Shown here: positions 1-11,987 of the stretch, piece by piece | How positions within the stretch are numbered: position 1 is the stretch's first letter | How the letters are laid out: the number at the start of each line of letters is the position of its first letter | Assembly: GCF_006345805.1 (NCBI RefSeq) | Contig: NC_043016.1 | Coordinates: 16,988,001-17,052,000 of the forward strand | Source: Octopus sinensis | Lineage: Eukaryota | Length of the DNA stretch: 64,000 bases | Direction of reading: 5' to 3' | Position numbers and translations under genes: made by a program | The notes under the pieces: generated by a model | Databases searched by the model: none | What the model saw: only the letters and a program-made list of their open reading frames with translations | Told to the model about the DNA's origin: nothing

Positions 1-3000
1 ACAGGTGCCAGACAAGGCTGGCAACGGTTGGATGGTGCTTTTTACGCGCCGCCAACACAGGTGCCAGACAAGGCTGGAAACGGTTGGATGGTGCCTTTTA
101 CGTGCCACCAGCACAGGTGCCAGACAAGGCTGGAAACGGTTGGAGGGTGCCTTTTACGTGCCACCAGCACAGGTGCCAGATGAGGCTGGCAATGGCCACG
201 ATCGGATGGTGCTTTTTACGCGCCGCCAGCACAGGTGCCAGACAAGGCTGGCAACGGTTGGATGGTTCCTTTTACGTGCCACCAGCACAGGTGCCAGATG
301 AGGCTAGCAATGGCAACGGTTGGATGGTGCCTTTTACGTGCCACCAGCACAGGTGCCAGACAGGGCTGGCAAACGGCCACGATCGGATGGTGCCTTTTAC
401 GTGCCGCCGGCACAGGTGCCAGACAAGGCTGGCAACGGTTGGATGGTGCCTTTTACGTGCCACCAGCACAGGTGCCAGACAAGGCTGGCAACGGTTGGAT
501 GGTGCCTTTTACGTGCCACCAGCACAGGTGCCAGACAAGGCTGGAAACGGTTGGATGGTGCCTTTTACGTGCCACCAGCACAGGTGCCAGACAAGGCTGG
601 CAACGGTTGGATGGTGCCTTTTACGTGCCACCAGCACAGGTGCCAGACAAGGCTGGCAACGGTTGGATGGTGCCTTTTACGCGCCGCCAACACAGGTGCC
701 AGACAAGGCTGGCAACGGTTGGATGGTGCCTTTTACGTGCCACCAGCACAGGTGCCAGACAAGGCTGGCAACGGTTGGATGGTGCCTTTTACGTGCCGCC
801 AACACAGGTGCCAGACAAGGCTGGCAACGGTTGGATGGTGCCTTTTACGCGCCGCCAGCACAGTGCCAGACAAGGCTGGCAACGGTTGGAGGGTGCCTTT
901 TACGTGCCACCAACACAGGTGCCAGACAAGGCTGGCAACGGTTGGATGGTGGCCTTTTACGTGCCGCCAACACAGGTGCCAGACAAGGCTGGCAACGGTT
1001 GGATGGTGCCTTTTACGCGCCGCCAGCACAGGTGCCAGACAAGGCTGGCAACGGTTGGAGGGTGCCTTTTACGTGCCACCAACACAGGTGCCAGACAAGG
1101 CTGGCAACGGTTGGATGGTGGCCTTTTACGTGCCACCAGCACAGGTGCCAGACAAGGCTGGCAACGGTTGGATGGTGCCTTTTACGTGCCACCAACACAG
1201 GTGCCAGACAAGGCTGGCAACGGTTGGATGGTGCCTTTTACGTGCCACCAGCACAGGTGCCAGACAAGGCTGGCAACGGTTGGATGGTGCCTTTTACGCG
1301 ACGCCAGCACAGGTGCCAGACAAGGCTGGCAACGGTTGGATGGTGCCTTTTACATGCCGCCGGCACATGTGCCAGATGAGGCTGGCAACGGTTGGATGGT
1401 GCCTTTTACGTGCCACCAGCACAGGTGCCAGACAAGGCTGGCAACGGTTGGATGGTGCCTTTTACGTGCCACCAGCACAGGTGCCAGATGAGGCTGGCAA
1501 TGGCCACGATCGGATGGTGCCTTTTACGTGCCACCAGCACAGGTGCCAGACAAGGCTGGCAACGGTTGGATGGTGCCTTTTACGTGCCACCAGCACAGGT
1601 GCCAGACAAGGCTGGCAACGGTTGGATGGTGCCTTTTACGTGCCACCAACACAGGTGCCAGACAAGGCTGGCAACGGTTGGATGGTGCCTTTTACGTGCC
1701 ACCAGCACAGGTGCCAGACAAGGCTGGCAACGGTGGATGGTGCCTTTTACGTGCCACCAACACAGGTGCCAGACAAGGCTGGCAACGGTTGGATGGTGCC
1801 TTTTACGTGCCACCAGCACAGGTGCCAGACAAGGCTGGCAACGGTTGGATGGTGCCTTTTACGTGCCACCAAACAGGTGCCAGACAAGGCTGCAACGGTT
1901 GGATGGTGCCTTTTACGTGCCACCAGCACAGGTGCCAGACAAGGCTGGCATCGGTGGATGGTGCCTTTTACGCGACGCCAGCACAGGTGCCAGACAAGGC
2001 TGGCAACGGTTGGATGGTGCCTTTTACGTGCCACCAACACAGGTGCCAGACAAGGCTGGCAACGGTTGGATGGTGCCTTTTACATGCCGCCGGCACAGGT
2101 GCCAGATGAGGCTGGCAATGGCCACGATCGGATGGTGCCTTTTACGTGCCACCAGCACAGGTGCCAGACAAGGCTGGCAACGGTTGGATGGTGCCTTTTA
2201 CGCGCCGCCAACACAGGTGCCAGACAAGGCTGGCAACGGTTGGATGGTGCCTTTTACGTGCCACCAGCACAGGTGCCAGACAAGGCTGGCAACGGTTGGA
2301 TGGTGCTTTTTACGCGCCGCCAACACAGGTGCCAGACAAGGCTGGAAACGGTTGGATGGTGCCTTTTACGTGCCACCAGCACAGGTGCCAGACAAGGCTG
2401 GAAACGGTTGGATGGTGCCTTTTACGTGCCACCAGCACAGGTGCCAGACAGGGCTGGCAAACGGCCACGATCGGATGGTGCCTTTTACGTGCCACCGGCA
2501 CAGGTGCCAGACAAGGCTGGCGAACGGCCACGATCGAATGGTGCTTTTTACGCACCACCAGCATGGGGACCAGGCGAGGCTGGCAAACGGCCACGATCGG
2601 ATAGTGCTTTTTACGTGCCAGACGAGGCTGGCAACCAGCTGCGGTCGGATTGTGCAGTTTACGTGCCACTGGCACAGGGGCCGGACGAGGCGGGCAAACG
2701 GCCACGATCGAATGGCACTTTTTACGTGCCGCCGGCACAGGTGCCAGACAAGGCTGGCGAACGGCCACGATCGAATGGTGCTTTTTACGTTCCACCGGCT
2801 CAGGTGCCAGGGGAGGCTGGCAAACAGGCCACGATCGGACGGTGCTTTTTACGTGCCGCTGGCACAGGTGCCAGGGGAGGCTGGAAAACAGGCCACGATC
2901 GAATGGTGCTTTTTACGTGCTACCGGCACAGGTGCCAGGGGAGGCTGGAAAACAGGCCACGATCGAATGGTGCTTTTTACGCGCCACCAGCATGGGGACC

Positions 3001-4005
3001 AGGCGAGGCTGGCTAACAGCCACGATAGGATGGTGCTTTTTACGTGCCACCAGCACAGGTGCCAGATGAGGCTGGCAAACGGCCACGATCGGATGGTGCT
3101 TTTTACGTGCCCCCGGCACAGGGGCCAGACAAGGCTGGCAAACGGCCACGATCGGATGGTGCTTTTTACGTGCCGCCGGCACAGGGGCCAGACAAGGCTG
3201 GCAAACGGCCACGATCGGATAGTGCTTTTTACGTGCCAGACGAGGCTGGCAACCGGCTGCGGTCGGATTGTGCTTTTTACGTGCTACCGGCACAGGTGCC
3301 AGGGGAGGCTGGAAAACAGGCCACGATCGGATGGTGCTTTTTACGTGCCGCTGGCACAGGTGCCAGACAAGGTTGGCGAACGGCCACGATCGAATGGTGC
3401 TTTTTACGCACCACCAGCATGGGGACCAGGCGAGGCTGGCTAACGGCCACGATCGGATGGTGCTTTTTAGGTGCCAGACGAGGCTGGCAACCGGCTGCGG
3501 TCGGATTGTGCATTTTACGTGTCACTGGCACAGGGGCCAGACAAGGCTGGCAAACGGCCACGATCGGATAGTGCTTTTTACGTGCCAGACGAGGCTGGCA
3601 ACCGGCTGCGGTCGGATTGTGCATTTTACGTGCCACTGGCACAGGGGCCGGACGAGGCGGGCAAACGGCCACGATCGAATGGCGCTTTTTACGTGCCGCC
3701 GGCACAGGTGCCAGACAAGGCTGGCTAACGACCACGATCTAATGGTGCTTCTTATGTGCCACCGGCTCAGGTGCCAGGGGAGGCTGGCAACGGCCACGAT
3801 CGAATGGTGCATTTTACGTGCCGCCGGCACAGGTGACAGACAAGGCTGGCAACGGCCACGATCGGATGTTGCTTTTTACGTGCCGTCGGCACAGGTGCTA
3901 GACGGGGCTGGCAACGGCCACGGTTGGATGGTGCTTTTTACGTGCCACCGGCACGGAGGCCAGGCGAGGCTGGCAAACGGCCACGATCGGATGGTGCTTT
4001 TTATC
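1..4005 (-). repeat. Large GC-rich minisatellite, ~56-62-bp unit, derived from the internal repeat of SINE-like family D
   Basis: Unit acaggtgccagacaaggctggcaacggttggatggtgccttttacgtgccaccagc (56 nt), about 65-70 copies. Homogeneous to ~2440, then more diverged ccacgatcg variants. Its reverse complement matches the unit preceding gtaaaaagcacccactacactc at 5375, 9280 and 61700. Continues off the window start. Confidence 0.95.
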
Positions 4006-5225
4006 TTCGATTGAGATGAAATCGTCGCAGATAGAGCTTTTCGGAGTGAGCCCGCAGCCGACGCTCTGGAGCAGGAGTGAAGAACAGCTCTTTCGAGAGG
4101 TTACACTTTCCGCTTATGATGTGTGAGCAAGAATGAGATCACCACGGCATGGTCTAGGGAGACATGGAGTTATGTACAGGGTGGTGTTCATGTAAAGAGT
4201 TCAGGCCACTTGTGGTCAAGAGAGACTTTGAACCGAGCAGTCGCCGGCATCTTCACTATCTCGTCCGGCAGCTTATTCCACCGATCCGCAACCCGGACGG
4301 AGAAAGCCCCTCTCCTTCGATTGAGATGAAATCATCGCAGATAGAGCTTTTCGGAATGACCCCGCAGCCGGCGCTCTGGAGCAAGAGTGAAGAACAGCTC
4401 TTTCGAGTGGTTACACTTTCCGCTTATGATGTTGTGAGCGAGAATGAGATCACCACGGCACCGTCGTTTTTCTACAGAATAAAGGCTGAGCGTTTTCAGA
4501 CTTTCTTCAAAAGACAAATTCTTGAGACCAAGAACCATGCGGGTAGCCAGCTTCTGGACTCTTTCGAGATGCTGTATGTCTTTGAGGAGATAAGGAGAAG
4601 AGGCTTGAATTCCGTACTGCAATATGGGTCTCACCAGCGTGACATAGAGCGGTAGGAATATGGCTGCTGTGAGCATTCCGAATGACCGTCGAATCAAGAA
4701 CGGAACTCCGCGTGCTTTGTTGGCAGCATTGACACACTGGGCCGAAGGCGAAAAGGAGGAATCCACCAAGATACCCAGGTCCTTTACCTGATCGGTCCTC
4801 TCCAGCAGCAGACGACCCGGCTCGAAATCAAGTTGAGTTGCAGGAGGAGAGCCAACAGGCAGATGTCAGCACTTTAACACGTTCAGACACAGGTCCCATT
4901 CGTTAGACCATCTCCAAATTTGGTGGAGGCATCGACGAAGATCCTCTATATCACCGCGAGGAGCCACCAGTTTGACACCGTCGGCAAATAGAAGGGTGTA
5001 TTGCGTGAGGTCGTCGGGCAAGTCATTTATGAAGACTAAGAACAATAAGGGCCCAAGCACAAGGAGAAGAGGCTTGAATCCCGTACTCCAATATGGGTCT
5101 CACCAGCGTGACATAGAGCGGTAGGAATATGGCTGCTGTGAGCATTCCGAATGACCGTCGAATCAAGAACGGAACTCCGCGTGCTTTGTTGGCATCATGG
5201 ACGCACTGGGCCGAAGGCGAAAAGT
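4006..5225 (-). mobile_element. CR1-clade LINE 3' fragment, rearranged, with duplicated 3' end
   Basis: Minus-strand RT/C-terminal peptides LGPLLFLVFINDLP, LFADGVKL, RRCRGDLI, RLRGHSEKL. Frameshifted. Homologous to 28200-29635. Confidence 0.9.
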
Positions 5226-5374
5226 ATGATCCACGCTAATTATTTTAGGTGCCTGAGGGGTCATGAACAGACATGGACATCTTCTTGGCCTAATCACTCT
5301 TGCTTCAGCAGACATCCTGGGACAGTTGGAAAGGGGAGAGAGAGAGAGAGAGAGGGGGAGAGTGATCGTGGGCA

Positions 5375-5765
5375 TTTGCCAGACTCGTCTGGCACCTGTG
5401 CCGGTGGCACGTAAAAAGCACCCACTACACTCATGGAGTGGTTGGCGTTAGGAAGGGCATCCAGCTGTAGAAACACTGCCAGATCAGACTGGGCCTGGTG
5501 CAGCCCCTGGCTTCCCAGACCCCAGTTGAACCGTCCAACCCATGCTAGCATGGAAAACGGACGTTAAACGATGATGATGATGATATATATACATATGTAG
5601 CACCCACTACACTCACGGAGTGGTTGGCGTTAGGAAGGGCATCCAGCTGTAGAAACACTGCCAGATCTGACTGGAGCCTGTTGCAGCCTCCTGGCTTCCC
5701 AGATCCCGGTCGAACCGTCCAACCCATGCTAGCATGGAAAACGGACGTTAAACGATGATATGATG
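5375..5765 (+). mobile_element. SINE-like family D, tandem dimer with (GAT)n tails
   Basis: Two copies of cacccactacactc...ggcgttaggaagggcatccagc...ggacgttaaacgatgatga. Same family at 9300-9670 and 61730-62165. Confidence 0.85.
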
Positions 5766-5799
<34 letters not shown>

Positions 5800-5910
5800 A
5801 TATGTATGTAGATGTATATATATATATATAGAAAATAGTAAGAGTGAATATATTTTCTATATATTCACCCACGTGCTTTCACAAACCAACTTTCCTTATC
5901 TATATATATA

Positions 5911-5974
<64 letters not shown>

Positions 5975-5977
<3 letters not shown>

Positions 5978-6265
5978 CGGGATCAGCCATCTGAATGTGG
6001 CTAGGGACAGGGCGGGGTGGTGGGGGTTTTACTGATGCATTTAGCCCCAGGCGACTATAGACGTCACCAGAAGAGCCGACAACCATCACGGTGTCCTTGC
6101 TAGCCTGTAAAGGGAGAGGCTGATCTCCCTTTACAGGCTAGCAAGGACACCGTGATGGTGTCGGCTCTTCTGGTGACGTCTATAGTCGCCTGGGGCTAAA
6201 TGCATCAGTAACACCCCCACCACCCCGCCCTGTCCCTAGCCACATTCAGATGGCTGTTCCCGCTT
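5975..6265. mobile_element. Foldback (MITE-like) palindrome, ~143-bp arms with a 6-nt spacer
   Basis: aagcgggatcagccatctgaatg...aaagggaga ggctga tctcccttt...cattcagatggctgttcccgctt. Arms differ at only a few positions. Flanked by TA at the end of a (TA)n run. Confidence 0.85.
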
Positions 6266-6340
6266 ATATTACAGAGCAGTTACTGTTTATACCTCGCTCA
6301 GAGATTTATTATTATTAATATATATATATATATATATATA

Positions 6341-6371
<31 letters not shown>

Positions 6372-6419
6372 GTGTGTGTGTTGTGTGTTGTATATGTATG
6401 TAGATGTATATATATCTTT

Positions 6420-6550
6420 TATCTTTTACTTGTTTCAGTCATTTGACTGCGGCCATGCTGGAGCACCGCCTTTAGTCGAGCAAATCGACCCCGGGACTTA
6501 TTCTTTGTAAGCCCAGTACTTATTCTATCGGTCTCTTTTGCCGAACCGCT
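6420..6550 (-). mobile_element. SINE family A 3' fragment
   Basis: cttttacttgtttcagtcatttgactgcggccatgctggagcaccgcc is the reverse complement of the family A tail. Confidence 0.85.
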
Positions 6551-6677
6551 ATATTATATATATATATATATATAACAAGGTAAAGTTTTTTTATTTTTCA
6601 TGTACTTCAGAGAGGAGGAGAGAGTGATACAAAGGGGCAAGGCACACTGGCTTACATTAAACACTAGTTTATGACAA

Positions 6678-7009
6678 GTGAGGGCGCGTGGCTTAGTGGT
6701 TAGGGCATTCGGCTCATGATCGTAAGGTTGTGAGTTCGATTCCCGGCGACGCGTTGTGTCCTTGAGCAAGACACTTTATTTCACGTTGCTCCAGTCCACT
6801 CAGCTGGCAAAAATGAGTTGTACTTGTATTTCAAAGGGTCAGCCTTGTCACTCTCTGTGTCACGCTGATTATCCCCGAGAACTACGTTAAGGGTACACGT
6901 GTCTGTGGAATGCTCAGCCATTTGCACGTTAATTTCACGAGCAAGCTGTTCCGTTGATCGTATCAGCTGGGACCCTCGTCGTCGTAACCGGCGGAGTCAA
7001 AAGAAAAAA
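6678..7009 (+). mobile_element. tRNA-derived SINE family C, full length with target-site duplication
   Basis: A box (tggcttagtgg), B box (gagttcgattcc), tRNA-like head with a ctCATga loop, A-rich tail, and 12-bp TSD agtttatgacaa at 6666-6677 and 7010-7021. Confidence 0.9.
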
Positions 7010-7835
7010 AGTTTATGACAATCAATTGTTACAACATCAAATACATTTCAGATACACATAAGAGGTCATGCACGTGACACCTCAATACATCATCAGGTAT
7101 ACCATAGATCAAAGCAATTAAACATGCAGTACAATATAACAGTCCGATAACAAAACACATCAAGGTCAATACATCAGCATTTCAAAGGTACACGTCCGAA
7201 GACACAGTTCTATTTCAAAAGACATCAACAAGTCATAACAGTTCAAGGACATTACAGGCCTAACACCCGAAGACATATCAATACACAATTCACGTACCTT
7301 ACATTAGCCAACGCCTCATACTGTACCTCATCTCCACCGTCACCTATTCCTCTGTATATATCTCTCTCTGTCCCAATGCTCCAAGACCGACCGACTGATT
7401 AAATTCCAACCGCTCGCCTCGACTCCCAAAACCGACTGCTCGCTTTTACGACCGAATACCGACTGTCTCTATCACTACCCTCAATCTGTCTCTGCACACT
7501 AATATCCTCTGTATCTGCTCTCAGCCCTATCTGCCTAACTATATCGACGCTGTCACTGTCATTCTCTCATGACAGCTCTCAGATCCCTTACTCTGTCTTT
7601 CTCACTACTTTCTTTCTACCTTCTTCTTCACTGTCACTAGATTCTTCCTTACACTATCTTCCTCGGCCCTCACATCTCTCTGACCCCTAATCGACGGCAC
7701 AAGGCCAAAGGTCCCTCCAAAAGCCATTACACTTCCAGTAAACAAAGGGCTGTAGCTTTTTATTCCAGACTTTCCGTCTCACCTCTCAACAAAGTAGGTC
7801 AAGAAATACTGTATACCGGCCGAACCACAACAATT

Positions 7836-7903
<68 letters not shown>

Positions 7904-7904
7904 C

Positions 7905-8650
7905 TCTATAAGATGCACCAAGTGTAAGCTATGGACACATAAGAGGTGCAGCAATGTCAAAGGAAGGCTAACTAGGAAGATGGTTTTTGTATGTGGCAGA
8001 TGCTCAGGAACAATTAACACTGAAGATGCTCTGAGACCAACTTCCGTCACTTTCCAGGGAGAAAAGCTAGAAGTAGTTGATAGTTTCCGTTACCTAGGTG
8101 ACCAAGTCAGTAGCGGGGGCGGGCGCGCTGAGAGTATACTGCTAGAGTAAGAATAGCCTGGGCAAAGTTTAGAGAGCTCTTACCTCTGCTGGTGACAAAA
8201 GGCCTCTCGCTCAAAGTAAAAGGCAGACTGTATGATGCATGTGTACGTACAGCCATGCTACATTGTAGTGAAACTTGGGCTGTGACTGCTGAGGATTTGC
8301 GTAAGCTCGCAGAAATGAAGCTAGTATGCTCCGATGTGTGTAACGTCAGTGTTCATAATCGACAGAGTGTAAGTACCATGAGAGAAAAGTTGAACCTAAG
8401 AAGTATCAGTTGTTGTGTGCAAGAGAGACGTATGCGCTGGTATGGTCATGTGATGAGAATGGCTGAAGATAGTTGTGTGCGAAAGTGCCACCCTGGCGTT
8501 GAGGGGACCTGTGGAGAGGTAGACCCAGGAAAACCTGGGTCGAGGCGGTGAAGCACGACCTTCGAACTTTAGGTCTCACCAAGGAAATGACCAGTGACCG
8601 AGACCTTTGGAGGTATGCTGTGCGTGAGAAACCCGGCAAGACCAGTGAGA
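7905..8650 (+). mobile_element. RTE-clade LINE 3' fragment (decayed)
   Basis: CTKCKLWTHKRCS, KLEVVDSFRYLGDQVS, KGRLYDACVRTAMLHCSETWAV, RMRWYGHVMRM are typical of the RTE post-RT region. Frameshifted. Confidence 0.85.
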
Positions 8651-8699
8651 ACAGTCAAAATCAATCATCAAACCAAATTGAGGTCGATCAACATCAGGG

Positions 8700-9660
8700 C
8701 CCCCGTGCAGGTGACACGTAAAAGTACCATCGTTTCGTAGCCGTTCGCCAGCCCTGTCTGACCCCCGTGTAGGTGGCACGTAAAAGCACCATCCGTTCGT
8801 GTTCGTTGCCAGCCTGGCCTGGCCCCCGGTCCGGTGACACGTAAAAGTACCATCCGTTTGTGGCCGTTGCCAGCTCTGTCTAGCCCCCCGTGCCGGTGAC
8901 ACGTAAAAGCACCATCCGTTCGTGGCCGTTTGCCAGCCCTGTCTGGCCCCCATGTCGGTGACATGTAAAAGCACCATCCGTTTGTGTCCGTTGCCAGCCT
9001 CGCCTGGCCCCCGTGCCGGTGACACGTAAAAGCACCATCCGTTCGTGGCCGTTTGCCAGCCCTGTCTGGCCCCCATGTCGGTGGCATGTAAAAGCACCAT
9101 TCGTTCGTGCCCGTTGCCAGCCTCGCCTGGCCCCCGTGCCGGTGACACGTAAAAGCACCATCCGTTTCGTGCCGTTTGCCAGCTCTCTGGCCCCGTGTTG
9201 GTGGCACGTAAAAGCACCATCCGTTCGTGTCCGGTTGCCCCGTGCGGGTGACACGTAAAAGCACCATCCGTTCGTGGCCGTTTGCCAGCTCTGTCTGGCA
9301 CCTGTGCAGGTGGCACGTAAAAGCACCCACCACACTCACGGAGTGGTTGGCGTTAGGAAGGCATCCAGCCGTAGAAACACTGCCAGATCTGACTGGGCCT
9401 GATGAAGCCTTCCAGCTTCACAGACCCCAGTTGAACCGTCCAACCCATGCTAGCATGGAGAACGGACGCTAAATGATGATGATGATGATGATGATGATAT
9501 ATGTAGCACCCACTACACTCACGGAGTGGTTGGCGTTAGGAAGGGCATCCAGCTATAGAAACACTGCCAGATCAGACTGGAGCCTGGTGCAGCCTCCCGG
9601 CTTCCCAGACACCAGTCGAACCGTCCAACCCATGCCAGCATGGAAAACGGACGTTAAACG
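8700..9660 (+). mobile_element. SINE-like family D with ~10 internal 57-63-bp repeats followed by a 3' dimer
   Basis: Repeats of gtgacacgtaaaagcaccatccgttcgtggccgtttgccagc, then two cacccactacactc...ggacgttaaacg units. Confidence 0.85.
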
Positions 9661-9993
9661 ATGATGATGATGATGATGGTGGTGGTGGTTGTGGTGGTGG
9701 TGATGATGATGATGATGGTGATGGTGGTGGTGATGATAATGATGATGATAATGATGGTGGTGGTGGTGGTGGTGGTTGTGGTGATGATGATGATGATGAT
9801 GATGGTGGTGGTGATGATGATGATGGTGATGATGATGGTGATGGTGATGATGGTGATGATGATGGTGGTGGTGGTGGTGGTTGTGGTGATGATGATGATG
9901 ATGATGGTGATGATGATGGTGGTGGTTGTGATGATGATGATGATGATGGTGATGGTGGTGGTGGTGGTGATGATGGTGATGATGATGATGATG
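9661..9993 (+). repeat. Mixed (GAT/GGT)n trinucleotide microsatellite, expanded SINE tail
   Basis: About 111 triplets of atg/gtg directly after ggacgttaaacg. Confidence 0.95.
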
Positions 9994-10152
9994 AAGTAGC
10001 CTAGAGCAGCAAGAATGAAGGCACTGCCTGGTACAGGAATTGAACCTGTGACACTATAATCATCAGTTGATCAGTGATCCCTCTAACCACTGACACTTGA
10101 TGTATACTTGTCTGTCTGTAAGTCTTAAGGACGATGCAAGGACATACGTACC

Positions 10153-11274
10153 TATTTCTTTACTACCCACAAGGGGCTAAACACAGAGAGGACAAACGAG
10201 GACAGGCAGACGGATTAAGTCGATTACATCGACCCCAGTGCGTAACTGGTACTTATTTAATCGACCCCGAACGGATGAAAGGTAAAGTCGACCTCGACGC
10301 AATTTGAACTCGGAACGTAGCGGCAGACGAAATACCTATTTCTTTACTACCCACAAGGGGCTAAACACAGAGGGGACAAACAAGGACAGGCAGACGGATT
10401 AATTCGATTATATCGACCCCCAGTGCGTAACTGGTACTTATTTAATCGACCCCGAAAAGATGAAAGGCAAAGTCGACATCGGCGCAATTTGAACTCAGAA
10501 CGTAGCGGCAGACGAAATACCTATTTCTTTACTACCCACAAGGAGCTAAACACAAAGGGGACAAACAAGGACAGGCAGACGGATTAATTCGATTATATCG
10601 ACCCCCAGTGCGTAACTGGTACTTATTTAATCGACCCCGAAAAGATGAAAGGCAAAGTCGACATCGGCGCAATTTGAACTCAGAACGTAGCGGCAGACGA
10701 AATACCTATTTCTTTACTACCCACAAGGGGCTAAACATAGAGGGGACAAACAAGGACAGACATACGGATTAAGTCAATGACATCGACCCCAGTGAGTAAC
10801 TGATACTTATTTAATCGGCCCCGAAAGGATGAAAGGCAAAGTCGACCTCGGCGCAATTTGAACTCAGAACGTAACAGCAGACGAAATACGGCTACGCATT
10901 TCGCCCAGCGTGCTAACGTTTCTGCCAGCTCGCCTCCTTAAAAAGGACATACGTACCTATTTCTTTACTACCCACAAGGAACTAAACACAGAGAGGACAA
11001 ACAAGGACAGTCAAAAGGATTAAGTTGATTACATCGACCCCAGTGCATAACTGGTACTTATTTAATCGACCCCGAAAGGATGAAAGGCAAATGCGACCTC
11101 GGCGGAATTTGAAATCAGAACGTAACGGCAGAAGGGTTAGGGTTAGGGTTAGGTTTAGGGTTTAGGGTTAGGTTTAGGGTTTAGGTTTAGGGTTAGGGTT
11201 AGGGTTTAGGTTTAGGGTTAGGTTTAGGGTTAGGGTTTAGGGTTTAGGGTTTAGGGTTAGGGTTAGGGTTAGGT

Positions 11275-11306
<32 letters not shown>

Positions 11307-11597
11307 AGGGGTTAGTTTTAGGGTTAGGGTTTAGGGTTTGGGTTTAGGGTTAGGGTTTAGGTTAGGTTTAGGGTTCTGGGTTAGGTCTCGGGTTAGGGTT
11401 TAGGGTTAGGGTTTAGGGTTAGGGTTCTGGGTTAGGTTTAGGTTTAGGGTTAGGGTTAGGGTTTAGGGTTTAGGGTTAGGGTTTAGGGTTAGGGTTTAAG
11501 GTTAGGGTTTAGGGTTAGGGTTAGGGGTTAGGTTTAGGGTTAGGGTTTAGGGTTAGGGTTTAGGATTTAGGGTTAGGGTTAGGTTTTAGGGTTAGGT

Positions 11598-11636
<39 letters not shown>

Positions 11637-11756
11637 TAGGGTTAGGTTTAGGGTTAGGGTAGGGGTTAGGTTTAGGGTTAGGGTTTAGGGTTTGGGTTTA
11701 GGGTTAGGGTTTAGGTTAGGTTTAGGGTTCTGGGTTAAGTTTCGGGTTAGGGTTTC

Positions 11757-11788
<32 letters not shown>

Positions 11789-11808
11789 GTTTAGGTTTAG
11801 TGTTAGGT

Positions 11809-11839
<31 letters not shown>

Positions 11840-11938
11840 CTTAGGGTTTAGGGTTTAGGGTTAGGGTTAGGGTTAAGGGTTTAGGGTTAGGATTTAGGGT
11901 TTAGGGTTAGGGTTTAGGGTTAGGGTTTAGGGTTAGGG

Positions 11939-11987
<49 letters not shown>

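Noticed and set aside
1-4005. CRISPR-like regularly spaced repeats (also 17650-21040, 37141-38710, 48156-52310, 63378-64000)
   Set aside because: Units are contiguous with no unique spacers, there are no cas genes, and the context is a eukaryotic intron.
5-4014. Very long ORFs (up to 898 aa) in all frames
   Set aside because: They arise from a stop-poor 56-bp tandem unit that cycles through frames, and the peptides are pure repeats with no domain signature.
5225-5340. Possible downstream KIF26 exon
   Set aside because: No frame resembles the KIF26 C-terminal coiled-coil region and no convincing splice-site pair is present.
6681-6755. tRNA-Met-like gene (CAT), also at 23836
   Set aside because: The acceptor stem does not pair properly, and the head continues into a SINE body with a tail and TSD.
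7030-7100. Possible hammerhead on the minus strand (CUGAUGA...GAAA)
   Set aside because: Stem II does not close adjacent to the core, and no convincing stem I or III forms.
9661-9999. Poly-Met/Val ORF, and likewise poly-Asn/Ile (26745-27423), YI/CV and MYVC ORFs
   Set aside because: These are translations of microsatellites.
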